The notes under the pieces were generated by a model. It was not told where the DNA came from, did not search any database, and worked only from the letters and a program-made list of their open reading frames with translations. 64,000 bases of DNA, from NCBI RefSeq assembly GCF_036365525.1, contig NC_090397.1, positions 54,959,522-55,023,521 of the forward strand, written 5' to 3'. This document shows positions 12,911 to 25,084 of this stretch, one piece after another. Both the position numbers and the translations under genes were made by a program. Origin of the DNA: Heterodontus francisci (taxonomy: Eukaryota). Within the stretch, counting starts at the first letter, position 1; the number at the start of each line of letters is the position of its first letter.

Positions 12911-13036
12911 CCTATCAAAAATGATGCTTTCTTTAGGGACACCAAGCTTTTCCAGCTGTTGAGAAACAGCCTCCATCATTGGAGGTGGACCACAAATGTA
13001 ACAGAGGCTATCCTTTGACACATGTGCCATAGTCCT
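12911..13036 (-). pseudogene. OXNAD1: Captured C-terminal fragment of an FNR-family oxidoreductase gene, most like OXNAD1
   Basis: 42 open codons [42 protein letters not shown] resemble the recalled OXNAD1 C-terminus ([40 protein letters not shown]). Penelope sequence resumes on both sides. Confidence 0.75.
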
Positions 13037-14789
13037 TTCCATATCCAAATGATCATCCTCCGCCATTTCCACCACCTCCAGCGTGATGCCACTACCAAAC
13101 GCATCTTCTCTTCCCTTCCGCTGTCAGCATTCCAAAGGGATCTTTCCCTCCGTGACACCCTGGTCCATTCCTCCATTACACCCACCACCTCGTCCCCTTC
13201 CCATGGCACCTTCCCCTGCAATTGCAGGAGGTATAATAGCTGCCCATTTACCTCCTCTCTCCTCATTATCCAAGGCCCCAAACACTCCTGTGATTTAACG
13301 ATTTACTTGTACTTCTTTCAATGTAGTATATTGTATTTGCTGCTCACAGTGCGGTCTCCTCTACATTGTGGAGACCAAACGCAGACTGGGTGACTGCTTT
13401 GCGGAACACCTCCGCTCAGTCCGAAAGCATGACCCGAGCTTCTGGTTGCTTGCCATTTCAACACTTTCCCCCCCCCCTGCTCTCATGCTCACATCTCTGT
13501 CCTGGGATTGCTGCAGTGTTCCAGTGAACATCAATGCAAGCTCAAGGAACAGGATCCCATTTACCAATTAGGCACACTACAGCCTTCCAGACTGAACATT
13601 GAGTTCAATAATTTCAGAGCATGACGGGCCCCCCATTTTACTTTTATTTTCAGTTATTTTTTTCTTTTTCCTTTTTTTTGTGTTTATTTTATTTCATCTT
13701 AGTTTGTTCAGTTTGCTTACCCGCTGTTTTTTTCATGTTTGTACTTGCGGCTGTTCAATTTTCAGTCCGTTAACACCCTATCTGTACTAATGCTTTGTCT
13801 TTCAACACACCATTAACATATTGTTTGCCTTTGCTCCACGACCTTCTGGTCAGCTATTCTGTGACCTTGTCCTATCTACACCTTCTCCTTTGTTATCTCT
13901 TGCCCCACCTCCGCTTTACTTGCTTATAACCTTTTACATTTCTAATATTTGCCAGAACATTATTTAAGCTGTTTTCATGTACCAAAAACAAAGATGTAAA
14001 AAAAAAACAAATCGAGGAAACCCTCATCATAAAGTATAAATTTCCAAAAAAACCAGCACAAAAGCTGCCAACTCTCATCTATTTTTTCCTTGACTCTGAT
14101 CTCCTTTCATTGGATTATCAGCTTTAGGTAAACACAACAGAATGACACTGTCTCTGTACAATCAGGTGAGAAGGTTCCCTCTCCATGTCTCTGTCGGCTC
14201 AGCAGGAACGACTGGGGGTGGGAGAGGGAAGACCAGAGATCTGAGGTAGCTGACGTATCAGCAAACATCTCATTCCTTATGGCGAATTCCACAGGTACTT
14301 GGGATTTACAAAGATGTCACTCTGTCAAACCGCACTCCAGGCACAGATCCTGAATGTGAACCAGAGAGCAAGGCTATGCTAATTAACTCACTAATTAGAA
14401 AAAGCAAAGGACTGATGAATCAACTTCTGACTTGAGTGCATTTGGGCTCACCACAGTAAGTGGGTCAGACTATGTCATTCAGCTCCAATCCTGAAGGAGA
14501 CTGCTGAGACTGTCACAATGACACACATCTATTTTTGGTCCTCTGTTTATTACCTGGCCAACAGGCAAATATTTGTGCTTGGGGAAAAATAATGGAACAA
14601 ACAAGTCAAAAAAAAACTTTAAAACCTCATTTTTAATGCATGCGCTTAGACAGTCAGTGTTGGCGGCTCATTCGTCTGTGCAGAGGACAGAGCTCAGTCT
14701 CATCCTGTCCATTTGTGGGCAGTTTGTAACAAGAGTTGTAAACAATGATCAGGAGTAGGAACTATGGCTGACTTTGTCTCCCTTAACCC

Positions 14790-15495
14790 ACAGAATTCCA
14801 AAATTGTTACAGCACAGGAGGCCAACATTCAGCCTGTTGTGTCTGCGCCAACTCTCTGAAAGAGCAGTTTCACTTAGTGCCACGCCCCAGCCTTCTCCAG
14901 TTTCCCCTTAGCCCTGCACATTCTTCACTTTCAGATAACAATCCAATTCCCTCTTGATTGCCTCAATTGAATCTGCCTCCACCACTCTCAGGCAGTGCAT
15001 TCTAGATCCTAACCGCTCGCTGTATGAAAAAGTTTTTCCTCATGTCGCTATTGCTTCTTTTACCACTTACCTTAAATCTGTGCTCTCTTGTTCTCGATCT
15101 CCCCACCAATGGGAAAGTTTTCTCCTATCTAACCTATCCAGACTCATGACTTTGAATACCTCTATCAAATCTCCTCTCAACCCTCTCTTCTCCAAAGAAA
15201 ACAGTCCCAACTTCTCCAATCTATCCACGTGACTGGTTCCAGGGGTGAGGAACTTCATTCTTGTGAACCTTTTCTGTACTCGCTCCAATGTCTTCACATC
15301 TTTCCTAAAGCGTGGTGCCCAGAACTGGACACAATACACCAGTTGAGGCCGTACCAGTGTTCTATCCAAGTTTAACATAACTTTCTTGCTTTTGTACTCA
15401 ATGTCCCTATTAATGAAGCCTAGGATGTTTTATGGTCTATTAACTGCTCTCTCAAACTGTCCTGCCACCTTCAATGATTTATGCACATATACTCC
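14790..15495 (-). mobile_element. CR1 LINE 3' fragment
   Basis: ORF 15067-15378: LVRPQLVYCVQFWAPRFRKDV..LGLFSLEKRGLRGDLIEVFK. Confidence 0.9.
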
Positions 15496-15789
15496 CAACC
15501 CAGGTGTTATAGCACCCATACTGAGATCAGCTATCTTAAGACAGATTGGGGATTGAAAGTAGTCTGCGTGGTACTGAGTTAGGCATTGCCTTTCGTACTG
15601 GAGAGGTCTCGCACCCAGTTTCTCTTCACCCTACCACCATTCCTTTAAAAGTGGGAGGACAAGTTGAAAATGCTGGAAAAAGCAGATGGGATAATAGGTT
15701 TACAAATAGAGTGCAAGGACAAAAAAATTTAGGAAAATAAATAGCCTGGAGTTAGATTATATATAGTTCTGAGCACCCTACAAATATCT

Positions 15790-16455
15790 GAAAATGACAG
15801 GAAAAGAGCTACAGCACCATCCAATCTGTCCCACACAGTCACAACACAGATGCTTCCCACCCCATCCGGAACCACGCAATATCCTAATAGAGGTAAAAAA
15901 AAAACAGATAAGAAGCCAGAACAATTGGGGGATAGGTGAAGGGAAGCCTGGAAACATTGTTTTCCTGCAATGAGATCACATTGGTCCTCATTTATATTAC
16001 AGGATACCTACATTTTTGAGATGATCTCTGCCCCAGCCTAAAACAAGTCCAGCTCTCGCCTGAAGGCATACAGTAAATCAGCGTTCACCACGCAAGCTGG
16101 CCACCTGTTCCATAGGTTTCTACTCTTTTGGAAAAGAAGAATTGCCTCACATCCATCCTAATTCGACCCTTCCATAACTTATAAGCACGGCCCCTGGTCC
16201 TCCCTAATGCATCCAATAGCAAGAACTGATCCACATAAACACAACCTAGTCCCGAAATTGTTTATCAAACTTGATCAATTCACCCGACTCTAAAGTATAC
16301 AGGCCCAGCTCGTTGAGCCTTTGTTGGCAATGAAGGTGTTTTAAACAGGGAACGTTGAGATTGTTTTGCAGTAGTTTAGCATCCTCTACTGTCCTAACTT
16401 TGTCACATGTCTTGTCCAGAAACTTGCAGATCATTCCTCCAATACCTACACCTAG
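15790..16455 (-). mobile_element. Old CR1-like LINE fragment
   Basis: ORF 16246-16434 (ICKFLDKT..QRLNELGLYTLE) plus a degenerate 3' tail. Confidence 0.55.
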
Positions 16456-16459
16456 AGCA

Positions 16460-17275
16460 TAACTAAGAAGTATTTAGATGAGCATTTGAAACGCCATAGC
16501 ATACAAACCTAAGGGCCAAGTGCTGGAAAATGGGATTAGAATAGTTAGGTGCTTGATGGCCGGCACGGAAACAATGGGATGAAGGGCCTGTTTCTGTGCT
16601 GTATAACTCTGACTCTATAACTGAAAATAGTAAGCAGCAAAGGTCCTAATACTACAGGACCACAGGGACTACTTTGGGAAGTTTGTGAAAGCCATGGAAA
16701 GGGTACAGAACATGATGTCAACGATGAAAGGTCTTAGTTATGAGGACGGACGAGAGCACCTGGTGCTCTTCTCACTGGAATAGAGAGAGTAAGAGGAGAT
16801 TTCATTAGGATGTTAAAAATTATGAAGGAATTTGTCAAGGTAAATAGAAAAAACTAATCCCACTGGTCCCTAAATCAATAGCAGAGGGGCATAAATTACC
16901 AAAAGAACTCAATTCTTTTATTTTTCAAATATTTACCCACTTCCCTGATGGATCTTGATCTACCACTACAGCTAGTAGAAAATTCCATGTCCTTACAATC
17001 CTCAGTGTAAAAAAAAACTTCCCAATTTTTCTTTTCATTTTGGTGATGTTAAGTTTATGCCATTTAGTTACTGATCAATGGAAAACATTCTTCTTGATTT
17101 ACCTAATCAAAACACTTCATAATTTTGAACACTTCTATCATAACTCCTTTGAATCTTCTCTCATAAAGAGTCATCCTTGGTATCAGTTTAGTGAATCCCT
17201 TCTGCATCTGTTCAATGGTCTTGACATCCTCCCTGAAGACTCCCAAAATCAGACTATATTCTAAATGTAGACAAA
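16460..17275. mobile_element. Cluster of CR1 fragments (16460-16620 +, 16690-16900 +, 16920-17275 -)
   Basis: CR1 tail gaagggcctgtttctgtgctgtataactct, plus RT C-terminal remnants on both strands. Confidence 0.7.
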
Positions 17276-19489
17276 ACAATGATAAGCACAAGATTCACAA
17301 GAAAAATTAAAACTCTGGCGTTGGTTTCATATTGTATCCAGAATTAACAGATGCACAAAAATGGTATTTTGAAACAAATTAAAAACAGGAATTTGGCAAT
17401 ATACTGTGGTTTCAGCTACCTAGTTACTATAAATTTAAAACAATGCAGTCTGAAGTTTTATAAATATAACAATTTCACAAAGCCCATAGTGTGACAGAAA
17501 CACTTTATATTAAATATTTAGTAGCATCTTGTTGTGATTTACCTCCTGTAGTATGAGACTTTTAAATAGCTAAAAATAGACAAAGTGTTCCTGAAATTAC
17601 CACATTTGCAAGATAGCCAGAGAGATTGTCTACTGAACCACACAAACCAGAAAAGACCGAGGTTCAAACCCTTGTCTATCAGCTAGCTGAACGCTGCTGG
17701 AGCAATGATTGAGAGGCTACAATTGGTCAGAAGAAACTGCCATGGTTTCTGCTTCTGGAAGTGCATGCGTGTAAAAGGGAACAATTCACCTGCATTTAGT
17801 ACTATCAAACTTGTGGTCATCTCGGCTTCAATTCCTGCTTGGGTACAGTACATGTCGTGAGAAGAGGAACAACTCACTCTGTCTGCTTCCATACTGTTCT
17901 CGTTGCTTCCAACCCCCAATGATAGCTGAAGCAACTCACCTTTGCCTTCTGGAGGACAGTACTGCCAGAGGCTGGGAATCAGAGGTCAGAATGGATTAAC
18001 TATTAACACATCTGAAACTAAACTGGAGACTTGTTCTCACATCAATGACACTTCTATCCCCTCTGTGATTAATGAATAATAGCAGCACACTCCCCCCCAC
18101 CCCCCCAATAGAATTGGAAGAAATTACAGTATTAAGAATTAATGGAAGATTCGATTGCAGTGGGATTATCAATTGGTCATGGCTTTTAGCACAGCCAGTG
18201 GTTTGGATTGGGATTTCTGCAATTTCTGATTTCATTCTATATTTTTGAAAATCTGCTGCAGCTTGCTGCTTGTGGTCAGTCTGAAAGCTGCTTTATAAAA
18301 AACCCTGCACTTGCTGCAGCTCACAGTAAGTTAATTTGGGTAAAGGTTACTCAGCTGGTCAAGTTATTGATCTACACTGGACTCACACCAGAATCTCTCA
18401 GCGAAAATATTAGAATGTCCCTGGACAGCAAGATTGCTTTGTGTGGGGAGCTTCTGCTGCTGTGGCTCCCTTTCCAGATGGTCAGAACATAATTTAACAG
18501 ACTTTCTTGCAGCATCAAAAAAAATCAAGTGGGTCACAGGCCACCAGAGTTACTGGATGTGGTCACAGTCCTTCTAGAGTCACTACACCAGTACACTATT
18601 ACCATCCGTGATGATCAATGAAAGGGGAAGGGTAGGATAGGCTTGAATGGTTTTTAAACGCTTCAAAGATCAGCACAACTTTAAAATGAAAAGGATCAAA
18701 CACAGCTTTTAGATTGCAACTCAGGTTTTTGGGAGAATGATCCAACTGTACCGCTGTTATCACCTTCACTTGTATATAGTGCAGGAAGTTGCCTGGACTG
18801 TAAAGTTCATTATTTTCTATATGCGAGATCGGCAGTGACAGTTGGCCAGTATGCATGTGTGAATGTTACTATCTTGGTGCAGTCTGCTTCCTGCTCCCAG
18901 AAGCACTGGCCCCAGACCAGTAAAAGCATCTTCCTCTCTTTCCATCTTAAGAAGTCTGGCAAGTTTGCCAACACCATGTGAGAGATCCCTGCTACAGGAC
19001 ACAAAAGCTGAAGAAGAAAAAAATCAGCTAAAGACTGGAGAGAACTGGTCCAACTCCAGAGGGCGACTCAACTACCTGCAGCCCTCTGGCCGTGTTGTCC
19101 AAGTGCCCAGTCTTCACATGATCCCACGAAATGAGCATCAACAGACTGTTAAGTAAGTGCATGTATGCACGAGTGTGGGGCGGGGGACTGTTTTTTCTTC
19201 TTCTTAGTTCAGAAGCCTACTGTATCACCCCAAATTGCTGCCCTGGCTGAGACTAGCTAGGTGAACAGGACTGAACCCAGGAACATCCTGCAATGGCTGA
19301 CTAGCAGGTGATGTATTTACCTGGGAGCTTCACAAAGCCATGCCTCAACTGTTAATACTAGTTGAAGAATTTCATCTGATTAAAGTGGGTCAAGTTTCTC
19401 CTCATACTCATTCAGCTACCCTCAGCTGGTCAGGAATATATTCTTTTCTTGTTAATTTTTCACGACAACAAATGCCACAGCAGTCTCTG

Positions 19490-19720
19490 CTCCAGTCAAA
19501 TACATAACCCACTGTCCTGGTTATCCCTCAACCAACATCACTGGAACAGATAATCTGGCTATTATCATGTTGCTGTTTGTGGGAGCTTTCTGTTTGCAAA
19601 TTGGCTGCTACGTTTCCTACAAGACAACAGTGATTACACCGCAAAAAGTACTTAAGTGCCTGTAAAGCACCTTGGGAAGTCCTGATGTCGTGAAAGATGC
19701 TATGTCAATGCATGTTTTTG
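19490..19720 (+). mobile_element. Deu-type SINE 3' half
   Basis: ccctcaaccaacatcac..attatcatgttgctgtttgtgggagctt..gtcctgatgtcgtgaaagatgctat is the reverse complement of the 50525-50740 copy. Confidence 0.75.
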
Positions 19721-21539
19721 TTTATGTTGAAGTTTAGGTTCTTGAGTTGCTACCCTGACAGCAAATCAATATTCTGTAATGTTGTTTGATAATATGTTTT
19801 TTTTGATAACTGAATATTGATACCACTACCCCTAATGTGTAGACTTGCCAGTTCTGTGGTTTTGGATTTAACAACAGCCTTTCAAGTTGACTGGCTGGAA
19901 ATTTCGACATTGTAGAGCTGAAGGCCAAAGACTCATTTTTGGAAAAAAGAGGGATGGTACTTCTCTCCACAATGTTTTATAGTGTGGAGGCATTTATTAT
20001 TAGAAGTTTCAATACATTTTCATCAGCAACAAAATAACCAAAACCCAAGTCCTGATAGCACTCCCTACTCCAGTATGGTACTTGGGAAAAGGTTTCAGCT
20101 GTAGTTGCTCAAACAATGGCCCCAAGTTAAACGACTACGAGTTAAGAATAATAAGAAAAGTTGGGGGAATGTTTACACGCAAAAAGGCAAAAATAAGTTA
20201 CTAGAAATATTATTTAAGTGGAATAATGGAGTCAAGAGAAAATTAGATGTGATACAGGAGAGAGAAGTAATTGAGGAATATGGTAGAGGTAGAGTTGAAC
20301 TCTGAAAATGAGGAGGGCTTTCTGGGTGTTACAATTATGTGCTATATTATATAAGGTACTATCTTTAGCTGGCGGGGGACAGACTTCTTTGTACAAAGAA
20401 AATTTGCTTGTATTGAGGATAGAAGCCTAGTTATCTTAGGGGAATGTGAAAAAGAAGTTGCTAATTTCTGACAAGAAAGGGTTAAAGAAAGAACTCCAAA
20501 GATACTGCACTGGTTTTCTGTCACAATACAATTATTTCAACAGTGGTTGGGCGAGCAATTAAGCTAAAGACCTATAAAAATACCAGAGTACTCAGGAGGA
20601 AATCAACATTTCCCCACAGAGTCTTGTCAGTGCTCAACCAGATATTTGGATGGTAGCCATGATATTGTCTAATTCCCTTAACTTTTTATTACATTTCGTC
20701 CAAATGAACTAATGCTGGAAACTTCCAACTAAATTTGCCCTGCTGAAGACACCACTATCACCACTATCTTCAGATGCCAAATGCTGGTAATTAGTGGCTT
20801 TCAATTATAGACATTCTGAGGAGGCAAAGCATGTGAATAACATTTCGAGAGATATTCAGAAAAGGAGCTGTGAAATGCTCAAGCCGAGTCTGCACAGTGT
20901 ATCTACTCCAGCTGTTAAGCCTCTTCAAGTGTGAGTCCAATGAGTGCTGACAAGATGTTTGACCTTTGGGATAAGGAAGTGGCAGAAGGGAGAAAGAGAA
21001 CTTACAGAAGAGAGAAGTGCCAAGCAACATTCAAATCAAAACCAACCACAATCCTGTCTTCCCTGACAACCAAACTTGAGCATTTCCCAACAGAAGCCAC
21101 TGGACAGGGAATGGAAAGTTGCTATACCCATACTGCCACTCTGAGTGTACTTGTCATATATTTACGGATTTACAAAATGCACCTTTTTAAAAATAATCTT
21201 TGTTATCCTGGAGGAGAATTCAAAATTCAATTTTGCTAACATGAAGAACATGCGAGTCAGATAAAACATGAGTTAGAAGCAGAATAAAGTCCCAATCTGT
21301 TCCACCAACTCCCTCCCTTAGGTAGAGTGTTGGTTAGGTAAATTTCCACTGAGCAGTCCCAGGACATGAATTCAGGAACAGGACAGTTTGGATGCACAAT
21401 ACAGCTCTCTCTCTGCAGTGCATCGACAATGGGGTCAACATTATTCACCCAATCATTAACTGGCAGAAAATATAACCTGATCAAATCCAACAAGCTCTCA
21501 CGACAATATTTGGGGATTTTTTATTTCCTATACTAGTTA

Positions 21540-21690
21540 TCTAATGGGCTCTCCTAAAGAGGTTTCCAAATTAGGGTAGAACTATGGATAATCTCCAGTG
21601 CAGATTCACAGCCACTGAGATGGGTTGGGACTCCACCAAACTCATTTCACTTGAGAATCTTATAGCATTTAAACTTAGGTTGCAGAGATG
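21540..21690 (-). mobile_element. Possible ancient LF-SINE-like fragment
   Basis: Reverse complement reads gtgaaatgagtttggtggagtcccaacccatctcagtgg, resembling the recalled LF-SINE core. Highly diverged. Confidence 0.3.
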
Positions 21691-22906
21691 AAAGGACAAT
21701 ATTCCTGTGCCACTTGGCCTTTTGCATGCCTTCTCAGTTCAACATCCTTATTTTCTACACATCTTGTATTATCTGCTATTCAGAATACGTAATGAAGATA
21801 TTAAGCTTCCTGCTCATTTTTTCATTGCTGGTGACCAAATTTCCCCAAGTTCAGTCCCCAACTATTCTACTTACTTCCTTCGGAAAGTGAACGTCATTTC
21901 CTACAACAATTGTCATGACAGCAATAAACTTCACAGATCCAGTACTGTCTCCTGCCTCTATTGTAACAGTTCGCTCACTTGGCTGAACCTGGTTGGTTTG
22001 CAACATCAGCAGCTTATTCAACCCGAGCTGACTTCTCACCCCATTATCTCCTCCACCATAAAGACTTCCTAATTCCATGAAAAAGATTCTTCCCACACCA
22101 TTTTCAGAACTGGACACAGTGTGCAGTCTGACCACAGGATGAAATCCTCCCAGTTATGCGCGATTGATTTGCGATACGGTTCAGTACGTTTTAAAATCTT
22201 TAAAAATATTTGTTTTTCCTCATTTACATAAGTGTATCACTGCGGAACAAAAATAAAAATATCGGTCAACAACAAACTCCACATTTCTGGCTGTAAAGAG
22301 AAGAAAAATATTCCAGTAAACACACAATATATCACATAGGTGTTGTAAGTCAGTAAAGGAGTTCCCCCTTGTTGCAGTGAAATATTCTTTTCCTATGGAC
22401 AATCACCATGGTGCTGCTGAACCATGCTGTTTTCTGTACATTTTATGAAGCCACTTGGTAAATACTGCCAGTCTGTCAGCGGCAGTTAGGAACTCTGTCC
22501 TGGGAATGAAATAGCAAGTCTAAACTTATAAATGAGAAAATCCAAAATAAAGGAAAACTGCACACATTATATAAAAACTACAATATGCTGCTTCCCCAAT
22601 TGGACTGGCTAGATGATTATATAAACAGCTCCAATACATCCCAAACTTCAAATGTATTACAGTCTTCGCCCACACTCAGTCAACTCTATTCTTCTATTGT
22701 ACCTGAATATATTGAAGAAAGTAAATATTCCTACACTTTGTATGTTTGTCTCTGCTGCATAAACAGAGCTACCATGGGTTTAGCTTAGCAAAGACTTCGT
22801 ACGTTAATTGCCATGATTAGCTTCAGTTTCTTTCAGCTATGGAGGTAACATGGAAAAGCCACTGAAGCATGCACCTCTACTCCCTCCCCAGCTGTAGGGT
22901 ACTGAC

Positions 22907-23051
22907 CAGTTTCAACGTCCTGCACATAGAAGTGGAGTTCATCTGTAATCTCGGTTACGAAGACAGGCTTATAGTTGGTTATGCGCTCCTTCTCCTCCGT
23001 GACTTGCAGCACCGCTTCTTCTGCTGGCTGCTCCTCATAATTAGACCAGAC
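22907..23051 (-). CDS. SND1: Internal coding exon of staphylococcal nuclease domain-containing 1 (Tudor-SN), around the SN4 to SN5/Tudor boundary
   Basis: Translates to [49 protein letters not shown], closely matching vertebrate SND1 as recalled ([44 protein letters not shown]). Acceptor ttgcAG|GTC at 23052/23051 (phase 0) and donor ACTG|GTcagt at 22907/22906 (phase 1); 145 bp. Confidence 0.95.
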
Positions 23052-23084
23052 CTGCAATAAAGTAAAGCAGCGACTCAATACTGT

Positions 23085-23320
23085 AAGTTCCCCACATGTT
23101 GCAATGAATCTTTGGAATTCTCTCCCCAGAGTGCTGCGGATGCTCAGTCATTGGGTATATTCAAGACTGAGATTGATAGATTTTTGGACACTAAGAGAAT
23201 CAAGGCATATGGGGATAGGGTGGGAAGGTGGAGTTGAGGTAGATGATCAGCCATGATCTTATTGAATGGCAGAGCAGGAGAAGGTCCATATGGCCTACTC
23301 CTGCTTCTTATGTTTCGAGT
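23085..23320 (+). mobile_element. CR1 3' tail just upstream of the SND1 acceptor (antisense to SND1)
   Basis: tggaattctctccccagag..attcaagactgagattgatagattttt..tggcctactcctgct. Confidence 0.85.
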
Positions 23321-23549
23321 AGGGCCCTTCATCAGCTATCCAATATTCTCCATTTCCTTTTCTGTCAAGTTATTTGGATCTCTTATTTTGAAACCCAGAT
23401 AGGTGGATATTAGCTCTCTGCACCCTAATTTAAGGAACTGCATGTATACTCAGAGAAAATTGTGATTGGACATGACGATGTAGAGCACTGGTCCCCTCAC
23501 TGGTGGAATGCAGGAACTCTCCTATCCCAGTAACAAACAATGAAAGCAA

Positions 23550-24840
23550 GAGGAAACAACTTACATTTATACTGCACCTCATCACAGCTTTTAAATGCCC
23601 CAAAGCACTTTGCATTATATTGTAGACAATACAGCAGTCATTTTGCACATAGCAATGTCCCACAAGCAGAAATTAGATGAGTGACTAGTGAACCTGTGAA
23701 TGGTGCATTTGGTTGAGGGAGGAATGGCTGGGACACCAGAAGAATTCATTGTCCTTCTTCAATGATGATTTGGCATCTTTTATATTCACCTGAGCCACTG
23801 GAATAACCAGTTTAATGCTTCATCCAGAGAATGACACCTGAGATAATGCATCATTTGCTCAGGATTTATTTTGTGTTGAAGTAATGTAGCAGGACTTGAA
23901 CCCACAACATACTGTCATGGAACCGTATTTATTTTCTCTTTGGATTAAAAGAGTGTGCCTTTAAGACAGAGAGAGAAGCTTTTGGATTTCTGAGGCTCAG
24001 TGTGCCAGCTGCACTTGTTACCTAGGCCACTGCAGGAGAAAGAGGTCACATGGTGTACTGTAATAATTTAACTGTGTGTAAAAACCAGCTGAAACCAACA
24101 AAGCATGCTACTGAAAAGAGCTGTCTATTTCTCAGCAGCAATTCTGCAAGGAACAACAGGCCAAGTTAATTGCCTAAGCAGGAAAAAAAACCCATTGAAG
24201 AGACCATCTGTATTGCTGAAGTAAAGTTTTGACTGAGGGTCTGTCGGTTTTAAAATTTAAGTTTACCTATTGCTGTGCTCATGGTTGAAAGAACTGTTCG
24301 ATGCCTGCTGCAGCTGAAGTGTTTTAAATGCCTATCCACTAAGAGACTACTTTCTCGAATCTGCCTGGAGACTTCGAGGGGCGTTCGTTTTCACATTAGA
24401 ATACCTCACCCATCAGAAACATAACTCACAAAGACTTACATATTCATTTATTCTTAAGAAACAGCTAATTTATTTTTTAAAAACACCACTTTTAAAAACC
24501 GGTTAACTGTTAGTTTTTGAATGTATGTGTGTGTATGGAGGAGTTAGGTTAAAATAAGAAGTTATAAGATATTTAGATATAGGTTTATCTTAATAGTGTT
24601 TAAGATTTAGTTTTAATAAATAGTTAATGTGTTGTTGTCTAAAGATACCTGGTTTGGTCAGTTTTATTCTGGGAGTTACTAGTGTGCTTAATTTGGCTGT
24701 TTTCCGGTTGGGTGGAAAAACTTTAATAATATGCTGCGACCTGTGGAGTGATGGAACGGAACTGATGGTGCTTTGTACCCGTCTCAGTCCTAACAATACT
24801 AATACAGAGGCTAGAATGCTAACTACTGATCTAAGCTGAA
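23550..24840 (-). mobile_element. Deu-type SINE split by a solo LTR
   Basis: SINE body 23550-23912. The tRNA-like head ..ggacttgaacccacaac continues after the LTR at 24796 as ..cagaggctagaatgctaactactga. Confidence 0.7.
23913..24795 (+). mobile_element. Solo LTR (Gypsy-type), 883 bp
   Basis: TGTCATGG...CCTAACA termini, perfect 4-bp TSD ATAC (23909-23912 and 24796-24799), and AATAAA near 24615. Confidence 0.9.
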
Positions 24841-24954
24841 ATTTGACCTTCCCAACCTAAGACTTTAAGACTTTCACTGCTCAGAAAAATAGGGCAGTTG
24901 TTTGTGGGGGGCGGGGGAAGAAAGGAAGAGCCCAAAAGGGCTGGGGGCAGACTG

Positions 24955-25083
24955 CGAGAGAGACACAGCAAGAGGAAGAGAAGTGAGAGGGAGAGAGAGA
25001 GAGAAGGGGACTGCAGAGCGAAATAAAAGGGGATTGAGTAGGCGAGAAAGAGAGAGAGAGCGAGAGAGAGAGACACACACAGA
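24955..25083. repeat. (GA)n/(CA)n microsatellite and purine-rich tract
   Basis: gagagagaga..gacacacac visible directly. Confidence 0.9.
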
Positions 25084-25084
25084 C

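Larger units (their letters stand above)
11990..13952. mobile_element. Penelope-like (GIY-YIG) retroelement insertion with internal inversion
   Basis: 15-bp TSD CAGAACATTATTTAA at 11975-11989 and 13953-13967. Plus-strand body 12336-13955 has RT remnants (LPFLDFSISISGDRLSINIQYKPTDSHSYL) and GIY-YIG-region remnants (ETKRRLGDCFAEHLRSV). The element's 3' terminus lies inverted at 11988-12130. Confidence 0.85.

Noticed and set aside
12749-13075. 108-aa ORF as a real oxidoreductase gene or exon
   Set aside because: Only 42 codons are gene-like. The rest is antisense Penelope sequence, and no clear splice sites flank the insert.
17385-17410. YIAKF-like peptide on the minus strand resembling SND1 Tudor CIAKF
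   Set aside because: Flanks do not encode RRGEF or DGEW.
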